A stretch of 64,000 bases of DNA, taken from NCBI GenBank assembly GCA_030390025.1, contig CM059431.1, forward strand, positions 155,808,001 to 155,872,000, read 5' to 3'. This document shows, piece after piece, positions 51,001-63,000 of this stretch. This DNA is from Squalus acanthias. Taxonomy: Eukaryota. The position numbers were made by a program, and so were the translations under genes. The notes beneath the pieces were generated by a model. The model ran no database searches and was not told the origin of the DNA. It saw only the letters and a program-made list of their open reading frames with translations. Each line of letters begins with the position of its first letter. The stretch's first letter is position 1.

Positions 51001-54000
51001 ATCCTGCCTGGTGACTTTTGGTTTGCACATTGTATTTGCTTCTGCTAGGTTTGTATTGCTTTTCAAAGTGGATCAAGTTCCTGCCAGGTGTGTATGGTGT
51101 TTCACAGTATATAATGATCCTGCCATGTGTGTATTGGGTTTCACAGTGCATCAGGATCCTGCCAGCTGCATTTGGGTTTTACACACAACGGGACCCTGGC
51201 GCATATGTATGAGGTTTAACAGTGTATCTGGATTTGGTCAGATGTGTAAATCAGCGCTGTTTCGCTGACAGTTTACATCGACGCCAGCGTCGATACCCAC
51301 TGCCAGACGGATTTTTACACATTCAGTTGCAGAAGGGGGCCTGTAGAAGAGGGATGGAGGCAACAATCGTGAGAGTGAGATAAGCAATTGGGAGTAGAGA
51401 CCGTCAATGTGCCGGATATAGCTGTTCAGAAAAAAGAGTAAACTCACCGGATGTCTCTGCGGTTCTGTCATATCCGCTGGCTCTTTCTTCTTGTAGCCGT
51501 GGATTTAGATCTTCATTCACTGTGTGTGTGGGGCTAACCTCACTGTAATTATCCGCGCTGAGCAGAGTTTCTGGAGGAGCATTTTCCTGTTGGCTCTGAT
51601 TAGAACAAGAATATGATTAGATATGAAAGGGCTGACTTTTCCGTTTCTGAGCTGCCCGGCCACAGATTTCCTCAGCCTGTGCAACAATGGGCACTGTTAC
51701 TTGGGATTCCCAAGCGAGGAGGCACAACATATACCGTAGATTTAAAGCGTAATGCCGATGCTAATAGCAAAAGCAAAAACAACAGATGCAAGGAAGTTGT
51801 TTGATACGATGGTTTTACTAAAGCTAGAGTCGATATGATGCCCAAAAGCTTATATTGTCTTGAAGAGATCAATCGCTTTTATCATCGGGCTGAGGGAAGC
51901 TTTAACGTAAAATTCACAAATATCTGACGAGACATTTCTGAGCAGAGGTGAAGAGCGATCGCTGCACTAAAAGGAAAAGTACATCGTAGCAGAATCATGA
52001 AATGTAAATCCCGTAGACATAGCAAAGCTGGACACATTATTTCATTTCGCTACCAATGATTCAGAGTTTCAATTGATGCCTGACCCCAAATACCAGTGTC
52101 AAGAATGGAGGAACCGGGATACAAACCGGAGAGTTGCGGGCGATACGGAATAAGATTGATGATTGAAGTGACCATTGAAATGTAGTTAACAGTCAGGGTA
52201 TAGAGGCGGGATGCAGATAAAATACCAGAGTTCAGATTCGAGACGAAGTTAAAATTCAAGGTCAGAGTTGTGGTTAGAGTTGAAGAGGCAGCTGCAGTCT
52301 AAGTGTTGGGAAAGGAGTGGATGGAGATGATCAAGGGATTATTTAGTGACTCGTCCCACAGGATGAATCCTAATTCTTGCAAAATAAGGGACAAGTCTAT
52401 GATTAAAGCTTGGATGAACGTTATTTTGCACAACAGACATTGAGCATGAAGGAGGACCGATCTGAAAACAAATCTTCCTGAATTACTTCAATTTAATTCC
52501 AGAGCTGCCAGTAAAACTGATATTCCTGAATATCGAAGGGCAGTGGCTGTTGGTGATGAACACGGAAGTAGACGAAATTCCAGTTTCAGAGCAGTGGTGA
52601 TTCCAAAGCACGCAGTTGCCTCCGCATTAGATTCGGGGCAAAAATCGGAAAAATTAGAGTCTGAGAGGAACCCGAGCGTAAAATAGGTAAGGAAGTAGAA
52701 ATCATGAGCTATCATCCTTTTCCCTGATGTATAATATCTCAAAGGGTGTGATGGACCATGTTGCCATTGCGCCGTGCAATTCGCCTACTTCAGAAAAGAA
52801 AGGGCGCGAAAGCAGAAAAACTGCTTATATTTAAACAAGAGAATCTTGTCAATGCTACAATAGGTTAAGAAAATTACTTTTCCTTTCAGGTCAGACATAC
52901 CTCATATTCGACCCCAGCGAATAGATTTATATGATTCTGATTTACACGGACACCGTCCACCGATCCTTCAATTGCTTCAGGAATTCTAACCGGATACAAT
53001 TCCGTATCTTGGGATTGTTGAGTTTCAGCGTCTTTCGACAAAGTTAGTCCAACTCCAGTAATATCATCGCCTGTAAAATACAATTGGAACAAGAAATATG
53101 GGAGTAGTTGTAATAAACCTGGTTACTTTGGAAAATGTACTTAGACATCTCTTGGACTGCATCAAAACAATTCCTTAAAACGAGGAGGGAACGGCAAATA
53201 ATTAATAACGATTATGAATCTATCTGTCTGACTGTCTTTCTGCCTGGCTCGCTGTTTTGCTGTCTGTCGATCAATCTATATATTATCTATGTTGGCATCC
53301 GGGAATGCGCAGAACACCTCGAGTCTCTTCACTGGGAGAAAGCGGAAGTCAAGCGCAAGCAGCGCAAGGAGCGCACGTCAATCCAAGCACACCACCCACC
53401 CGCCCGTTCAACCACCATCTGCCCCACCTGTGACAGAGTCTCTAGGTCGCTTATTGCACTCATCAGTCACCTGAGAACTCATTTTTAATGTGGAAGCAAG
53501 GCATCCTCGGTTCCGAGGGTCTGCGGTGGCATAGTGGTTAGCACTGGTGCCTCACAGCGCCAGGAACCCGGGTTCGAATCCGGCCTCGGGTGACTGTCTG
53601 TGTGGAGTTTGCACATTCTCCCCGTGTCTGCGTGGGTTTCCTCCGGGTGCTCCGGTTTCCTCCCACAGTCCAAAAATGTGTGGGTTAGGTTGATTTGGCT
53701 ATGATAAATTGACCCTTAGTGTTAGGGGGGGATTAAATATGTGGGGTTACGGGGATAGGATGGGATATGTTAGGGGGAATTAAATACGTGGGGTTACAGG
53801 GATAGGGTGGGATATGTGTCGGTGCAGGCTCGATGGGGATTCTGTGGGGGAAAGCAGGTACAGGGTACTGGATTTGGATGATCAGCCATGATCTTATTGA
53901 ATGGCGGAGCAGGCTCGACGGGCCGAATGGCCTACTCCTAGTTTCTATGTTTCTATGTAAGAAGACATTATTTATAAAGCCATCGGTCTATCTGTTTACA

Positions 54001-57000
54001 CTATTGATGGATTAGCTCATCTATATTCTGGTGTAATGGAATACACGGCTGGTTAAAGTATGCAGTCGATGCATCATCATAAGCACACTTCAGGGTGAAG
54101 GGTAAAAGCACAAGCAGTGAATTTACCGACAGTTGCCTATATGTTGGTTCGTGCTGGCTGGCGCGAACTGGGCACGCGTCAATGGGTGTAATTGTGGCTT
54201 TCTTACTTTGTGAGTTAAATTAAAACCTGCTGAAGTGAATGGGCAGCCGCTTTTACATCTCTCTCGATTTTGATATCCTTTGACTATGTTCGCTCGTACT
54301 TTCGATTCGCTATCGCCCATTTTACACCATCACACGACGACACATTACCGCCGAGAACGATGCCTGTGCCGTAAGGTGTCGTCCTGAGACCCACCCGATA
54401 TTTGGCATTTGGTCTCGTTTACAGCAGATTGGGGAGGTGCAGTCACCTGCTGAGTCTCCACAGGCAGCTTGCGAAGTGACCATGACTTTAATGTCGGCTT
54501 CTCAATGGGGCGACTGGGAAAGTTAAATGCGTTCTGGATGGAGCGTCGACCAGATGAGGGCGAGATAGAAGTTGTCGACAGAGAGAGAGTGTGGGACCGG
54601 TAGAAGTGCGACGGAGGCAAACATCGGGAAAGTGAAAGAGGCAATCGAGAATAATATCCGGCGAGATACAGTAGTTTTTATTTGGTGCTAGAAGGGGAAC
54701 TCCTGAAATTAATGGCTCCACATTCGGTTAAATATTTTCTGAAACTTATCTTGTGTTCGGGGTCTGCAGAAGACCCTTTAACGATCGCCGGTTCGATGGA
54801 TCGATTTAACCGGAACCTCAGCCGTCAAAGACATTTTACCGGAGAGAGCAAAAGGAAAGCCATCGTTGAACCGAGATTGAGTGTGAGATTTGACAGAAGT
54901 CAAGAGGTCATTTCAATTCGCAATTCGAGTAAAATTTACCTCACTTTTATAGATGTGAGTTAACAGTCTCCGATAAGCTGGAATATACAACTGAATGACA
55001 AGGGAAAGAAAACATTGCTTGAAGTTTACTGGATTGAATTCAATGACTGGCGGACATATCTATTAAACAAAAAGAGAAATCTCACCGGATGTTTGTGCGG
55101 TTCTGTTATATCCGCCGCCTCCTTTTTCTTCCAGCCGTGGATGTAGATCTTCATTCACTGTGTGTGTGGGGCTGATCTCACTGTAAATATCCGTGCTGAG
55201 CAGAGTTTTTGTCGGAGCATTTTCCTGTTGGCTCTGATTATAAAAAAATATGATTAGATAAAAAATGGCTGACTTTTCGGCTTCTGAGCAGGCCAAGGCA
55301 CAGACTTCCGCAGCCTGTGCAATAACCGGCACTGATATTTTGAGATTCCCAAGGGAGTGCGTAAAACATATTCTGTAGATTTACATCGTAATGTGGATCC
55401 TAATAGCAAAAGCGAAAAAAACAAATGCAGGAAAGTTGTTTGAGAAGATGATTTTACTAAAACCAGAGTCCATATGAACCCGAAAAGATTATTTTGTCTT
55501 GAAGAGATCAATTGCTTGTATCATCGGGCTGAGGGAAGTTTTAACGTAAAATTCACACATATCTGACTAGACAAGTCTGAGCAGAGGTGAAGCGCGATCG
55601 CTGCACTAAAAGGAAAATTACATCGGAGGAGAATCCGAAATGGAAATCCCGTAGACGTAACAAAGCTGCACACAAATAGGTTCATTTCGCTTCCAATAAT
55701 TCAGAATTTAAATTGATGCCTGACCCCAAATTCCAGTGGTAAGAATGGTGGAACCGGGAAACAAACCGGAGAGTGGCGGGCGATACGGAATAAGATTGAC
55801 GATTGAAGTGACCATTGAAATGTAGTTAACAGTCAGAGTATAGAGGCGGGGATGCAGATACAATGCTAGAGTTCATATTGGAGACGAAGGTACAAATTCA
55901 AGGTCAGAGTTGGGGTTAGAGTTGAAGAGGCAGCTGCAGTCTAAGTGTTGGGAATGGAGGGGAGGGAGATGATCAAGGGATTATTTAGTTACTCGCCCCA
56001 CAGGATGAATCCTAATTTTTGCAAAATAAGGGACAGTTCTATGATTAAAGCTTGACTCAAAGTTAAGATGGACAACAAATTTCGAGTATGAAGGAGGACC
56101 GATCTGAAAACAGACCTTCCTGAATATCTTCAATTACATTCCAGAGCTTCCAGTAAAACTGATTTTCCTGAATATCGAAAGGCAGTGACTATTGGCGATG
56201 AACACGGAAGTCGACAAAATGCCACTTTCAGAGCAGTGGTGATTCAAATGCAACGATTTGCCTCCGCATTAGATTCGGGGCAGAAATCAGTCAAAATTAG
56301 CCTCTGAGAGGCACCCGAGCGGAAATTAGGTAAGGATGTAGAAATTTCAGCAATCATCTTTTTCCCCCATTTATAATACATCAGAGGGAGTGAGGGTCCA
56401 TTTTACCATTGCTCAGTGCAACTTCTGAAAAGAAAGGGTGCGAAAGCAGAAAAACTGCTAAAATTAAAACACTAGAAATCTAGTCAATGTTGCCGTTGAT
56501 TAAGCAAGGTCCTGTTCCATTCAGGTCAGACATACCTCATATTCTACCCGAGCGAATAGCTTTATATGATTTTGATTTGCACGGACTCCGTTCACCGATC
56601 CTTCAATATCTTCAGGAATTCTATCCGGATACAATTCAGTATCTTTTGATTGTTGAGTTTCAGCGTTTGTCGACAAAGTTAGTCCAACTCCAGTAATATA
56701 ATCTCCTGTAAAATATAAGTGGAACAAAAATTACCGGAGTAGTTGTAATAAACGAGAATACTTTGGGAAATGTGCATAGAAATCTCTTGGACTGCATCAA
56801 AGCAATTTATTAAAACGAGGAGTGAACGTCAAATAATTAATAATCGTTATTAATATATCTGTCTGACTGACTTTCTGCCTGTCTCGCTGTTTACCTGTCT
56901 GTCGATCAATCTATATATTACCTATAAAGCCATCTGTCTATATGATTACCCTATTCATGGATTAGCTAATCTGAATTCTGGGGTAATGGAATACACGGCT

Positions 57001-60000
57001 GGTTACTGTATGCAGTCGATGCATCATCATAAGCACACTGCAGGGTGAAGGCTTAAAGCACAATTAGTGAATTTACCCACAAATGCCTATAAATTGGTTG
57101 GCGCGAACTGGGCACGGGTCAATGTTTGTAATTGTGACTTTCTTATGGTGAGAAAAAATTAACACGTGCAGAAGTGAATGGGCAGCAACTTTTACACCTC
57201 CCTAGATTTTGATTTCCATTGTCTACGTTCGCTAGTACTTTCTATTCGCTATACCCATTTTACATCATCACACGACGCCACATTACCGCCGAGAAAGGTC
57301 CCTCTGCCGTAAGGGGTAGTCCCGAGACACGCCCGATATTGGGCCTCTGACCTCGTTTACAGCAGACCGGGGAGATGCAGCCACATTCAGAGCCTCCACA
57401 GGCTGCTTGCGAAGTGACCATGATTTTAACGTCGACTTCTCAATGGGGCGACTGGGAGAGTTCAATGTGTTCGGGATGAAGGGTCGACCAGATGAGGGCG
57501 AGATAGAAGTTTTCGGCAGAGAGAGAGTGAGACCGGTAGAAGAGCGAGGGTGGCAAACATCGGGAGAGTGAAAGAGGAAATCGAGATTAATGGCCGGCGA
57601 GATACAGTGGTTTTAATTTGGTGCTAGGAGGGGAAATCCTGAAACTATTGGTTCCACATTCAGTTAATTATTTTCTGAAACGTATCTTGTGTTGGCGGTC
57701 TGCAGAACACCCTTTAACGATCGCCGGTTCGATGGATCGAGTTAACCAGAACCTCAGGCGTCAAACACATTTTACCGGAGAGAGCGAACGGACAGCCATG
57801 GTTGAATCGAGATTCAGTGTGAGATTTGACAGAAGGACCAGACGTCATTTTAGATCATTTTTATAGCATTTCGAGTATAATTTACCTCACTGTTATAGAT
57901 GTGAGTTAACAGTCTCAGAAAAGCAGGAATACAAAACAGAATTACAAGAGAAAGAAAACATTGCTTGAGGTTTACTGCATTGAATTGAATGACTGGCCGA
58001 TATATCTATTAATCACAAAGAGAAATCTCACCTGATATTTGTGCGGTTCTTTCATATCCGCCGCCTCCCTTTTCTTGCAGCCGTGGATGTAGATCTTCAT
58101 TCACTGTATGCGTGGGGCTGACCTCACTGTAATTATCCGTGCTGAGCAGAGTTTTTGTCGGAACATTTTCCTGTTGTCTCTGATTATAACAAGAATATGA
58201 TTAGATATAAAATGTCTGACTTTTCGGTTTCTGAGCTGACTAAGCTTCAATTTTCCCCAGCCAGGGCCATAACGGACACAGCTATTTGAGTGTCTCCAGG
58301 GCGGTGTTACTGTAGACATAAATCGTGATGCGGATCCTAATAGCAAATGCAAAAACAACAAATGCATGAATATTGTTTTTTAAGATGATTTAATTCAAAC
58401 TGGAGTTGTAGTGATCGCAAGAAGCTTATTTTGTCTTGAAGAGAGCAATCGTTTCTTCGTAGGTTTCAGGCAGTTTTTAACGTAAAATTCACAAACATCT
58501 GACGAGTCAGCTCTGAACAGAGGTGAGCAGGAATCGCTGCATAAACAGGAACAGAACATCGGAAGCATATTCAAGACATTTAAACCCCATAGGCATCGGA
58601 AAGCTGGGCACATAGGTACATTTCGGTTCCAATGATTCTGATTAAAGCTGCGCTAAATAAATACGTGACACCAAATTCTGGAACAAAGAAAGATGGAACC
58701 GGAAAACAAGTCGGACAGTGGCTGGCGAAACGGAGTCAGATTAATGATTGGAGTGACGATTGAAATGCAAATCACAGTTAGGGTATAGAGACAGGGACGC
58801 AGGTAAAATGCGAGAGTCGTGACTGGAAGCGCAGGTACAAATTCAAGGTAAGAGTTCGGGTTAGAAATGTGGAGGCAGATACAGTCTAAGTATTTGATAT
58901 GGAGGGGAGGGTCATGACCAAGAGGTAATTAAGTTACTGGGCCCACAGGATGTATCCGAATTCTGGCAAAACAGGGGATAGAACTATGATTGACGCTTTC
59001 CTGAAAGTTATTTGCACAACAAACGTTGAGCATTAAGGAGGACTAATCTGAAAACAGATCTTCCTGAATATTTTAATTATATTCCAGAGCTTCCAGTAAA
59101 ACCGACATTGCTGAATTTCGAAGTGCAGTGACTGTTAGTCATGAACACGGATGTGAACCAAATACGACTTTCAGAGGAGTGGTGATTCCGATACACGGAG
59201 CTGTCTCCGCATTAGTTTCGGGGCTAAAATCGGTCAAAATTAGCGTCTGAGAGGCACTCAAGCGGACATTAGGTAAGAAAGTGGAAATCTCAGCAATCAT
59301 GCTTTCCCGTCATGCAAAATGTCGCAGAGGGAGCAATGGCCCATGTTAACATTGCACAGTTCAACTCCCCTACTTCAGAAAAGAAAGAACGAGAGACATA
59401 AAAACTGCTTATATTTAAACAATAGACGTCTAGTCAATGCTACCACAGGTTATGATAGGTCATGTTCAACTTATCTTAGACATACCTCATATTTTACCGG
59501 AGTCAATAGATCTTTATGATTCTGATTTCCACTGATACCGTCCACAGATCCTTCAATAGCTTTAGGTAATCTATCACGATACAATTCGATATCTTTGGAT
59601 TCATGAGTGTCAGCCTCTGTCGACACAGTTGGTCCAACTCCAGTAATAACATCCACTGTAAAGTACAAGTGGAAAAAAAACCATCTCGGAATAGTTGAAG
59701 TAAACGAGGATACTTTAAGAACATTACAAGATAAGACATTGGAGCAGGAGTCGGTCATTAGGCTCCTCGAGCCTGCTCCACCATTCAATAAGATCATAGC
59801 TGATCTGATCTTGGCCTCAACTCCACTTTCCTGCCCGCGTCCTATAACCCTTAACTCCCTTATCGATCAAAAATCTGTCTATCTCAAACTTAAATAAATT
59901 CAATGACCCATCGTCCAAAGTCTCTGAGGAAGAGAATTCTAAAGATTCACGACCCTCTGAGAGAAGAAATTCCACCTAATTTCCGATTTAAAAGGGTGCC

Positions 60001-63000
60001 CCCTTATTCTGAAATTGTTCCCCCTAGTTCTAGATTCTCCCTCGAGGGGAAACATCCTCTCTGCATCTACCCAATCAAGCCCCTTCAGAATTTTATAAGT
60101 TACAATACGATCCCATCTCATTCTTCTAAACTCCAATGAGTATAGGTTCAACCTACTCAACATTTCTTCATAAGATAATCCCTTCATCTCCGGAATCAAC
60201 CTCGGGAACTTTCACTGAATTGCCTCCAATGCAACTATATCCTTCCTTAAATAGGGAGACCAAAACTGTACGCATTACTCCAGCTGTGGTCTCACCAACG
60301 CCCTGTACAGTTGTAACAGGACTTCCCTGCTTTTATACTCCGTTCCCTTTGCAATAAAGGCCAACACTCCATTTGCCTTTCTAATTACTTGCTGTACCTG
60401 CATGGTAACATTTTGTGATTCATGTACAAGGACCCCCAGATCCCTCTGTCCCTCTGCATTTTGTAATCTCTCCCCACTTAATTAATAATTTGCTTTTTTA
60501 TTTTTCCTAACGAAGTGGATAACCTCGCATTTTCCCACATTAAACTTCATCTGGCAGATTTTTGTCCACTCACTTAGCCGTTCTATATCCCTTTGGAGAT
60601 TCTTGGCGTGCTCCACACAATTTGCTTTCCCACCTATCTTTGTATCATCAGCAAAGTTGGCTTCATTACTCTCAGTCCCTTCATCCAGTATTTAATATAG
60701 ATTGTAAATTGTTGAGGCCCCAGCACTGATCCCTGTGGCATTCCATTATTACAGTTTGCCAAGCTGAAAATGACCTATTTATCCAGACTCTCTGTTTTCT
60801 GTTAGTTAGCCAATCCTCTATCCGTGCTAATATATTACCCCCAACCCCGTGAGCTCTTATATTGTGTAGTAACCTTTAATGTGGCAACTTATCGAATGCC
60901 TTCTGGAAATCCAAATACACGACATCTACTGGTTCCCATTTATCCAACCTGTTCGTTGCATCCTCAAAGAACTCCAGCAAATTTGTCAAGCAAGATTTCC
61001 CTTTCATAAAACCATGCTGACTCTGCTTGTCTATATTCTGATTTTCTAAATGACCTGCTATCACTTCTTTATTGATGGACTCCAGCATTTTCCCAATGAC
61101 AGATGTTAGGCTAACTTGTCGATAGTTGCCTGCTTTCTGTCTCCCTCCTTTCTTAAATAGGGGCGTTAAATTTTTGGTTTTCCAGTCCGCTGGGATGTCT
61201 CCAAAATCCAGGGATTTTTTGTTAGATTACAGCCAATGCATTCACAATCTCTACAGCCACCTATTTTAAGACTCTAGGATGCACGCCATCGGGTCCAGGG
61301 GACTTGTCCACCTTTAGTCACATAAGTTTCCCTAGTATTTTCTCTCTAGTGATAGTGATTGTTTAAGTACCCCCCTCCCCACCCGAATAACCCCATGATT
61401 ACCCATTATTGGGATGATTTTAGTGTCTTCTACCGTGAAGACCGGTACAAAATATTTGTTCAAGCTCTCCGCCATTTCCTTGTTTCCCGTTATTATTTGG
61501 CCAGACTCATCCTCTAGGGGACCAACGTTTAATTTAGCTATTCTCTGCCTTTTTATATACCTGTAGAACCTCTTACTGTCTGTTTTTATATTTCTTGATA
61601 GCTTACTCTCATAAGCTATCTTCTCGCTCTTTATCATTTTTTTAGTCGACCTGTGATGCATTTAAAAAATTTTCCAATCCTCTGGCCTTTCACTATTCTT
61701 CTTAAAATTGTTTGCTTTTGTTTTCAATTTGATACCATATTTTCCTTCCTTAGTTAGCCACAGATGTTTCATCCTTCTCTTAGAGTCTTTCTTTCTCACT
61801 GGAATATATTTTGCTGAGAGTTATGAAATATATCCTTAAAAGTTTGCCACTGCTTTTCTACCGTCCTACCCTGTAATATATTTTCCCAGTCCACTTTACC
61901 CACTTTAACTTCATACCTTTGTATTTATCTTTCGTTAAGTTCAGGACACTAGTTTGAGACCTAGCTTTCTCATACCCAAACTGAATTTGAAATTCTACCA
62001 TGCTATGATCATTCTTCCCAAGGGAATCCTTCACTTCGAGATCATTAAGTAATCCAGCCTCGTTACAAATTGCCAGATATAAATAATCTTCCCCTGGTTG
62101 GTTCCACAATATATTGTTCAAAGTAACCATCCCATATACACTCTAAGAACTACTCATCAAGTCTACTTTGCCAAATTGATTTGTCCAAACAATATGAAGA
62201 TTAAAATCTCCCATGATTAGAGCCGTAATTTTCTTACAAGCCTCTATTAATTCTTGATTTATTCTCTGTCCTACCGTGTCGCTACTGTTTGGGGGACTGA
62301 AGACAAATCCCACCGATGACTTTTTACTCTTATTCTTTCTTATCTCCAAACAAATTGATTCTACATCTTGATCGTCTACGCCAATATAAGTTCACATAAC
62401 TGGACTGATCTCATCCCTTATTAACAGAGCTGCACCACCTCCATTTGCTTTCTGTCTATCCTTACAAAATGCAAATATCTCATAATATTCAGTTCCCAGC
62501 CTTGGTCAACTTGCAACCACATCTCAGTAATGGCCATCAGATCATACCCATATATGTTTTTGTGCTGTCAACTCATCTATCTTGTTACGAATGCTGCATA
62601 CGTTCAGGTATAGAGCTTTTTATATCGTCTTTTTACCATTTTCCCTACTCTGACCACTCTTTCTGATGCACTCTTATGTGTATACGTTCTGTCTCTTCCT
62701 GTCACACTTTGTTTATCATTACCACTATCGCTACCCAGCACTTTTGCATTCTCATTTAACGTTATCTTTTTTAATTTCCACTCAGCGTATCCCTCCCCCG
62801 CACTATTTAGCTTAATGCCCTATCTACAGCCCAAGTTATTCGATTCGCCAGGACACTGGTTCCAGCCTGGTTCGAATGAAGCCCGCCCCGACTGAACAGC
62901 TCCCTCTGATCCTAATGCTGTTGCCAGTGCCGCAGGAATCGAAACCCATTTCTCCCACACCAAACTTTCAGCCACTCGTTCATCTCTCTGATCTTATTTA

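Noticed and set aside
52488..52742. ORF or exon between A1 and B1
   Set aside because: Reading from the ctctcag acceptor in the required phase 0 reaches a TGA; the ORF is not kept in the other units.
53523..53590. tRNA gene
   Set aside because: The A and B boxes lead directly into the V-SINE core, so this is a SINE head.
54345..54644. ORF in the repeat unit (paralog at 57283-57465) as a third repeat exon
   Set aside because: The candidate splice sites give phase 2-2 or immediate stops in the required phase 1, and this segment is largely missing between A3 and B4.
55086..59655. Specific protease sites in the repeats (SVDG, KGGGG)
   Set aside because: Short motifs, not conserved in all units (SVNG in A2, ERASG in B1); too weak to assign a protease.
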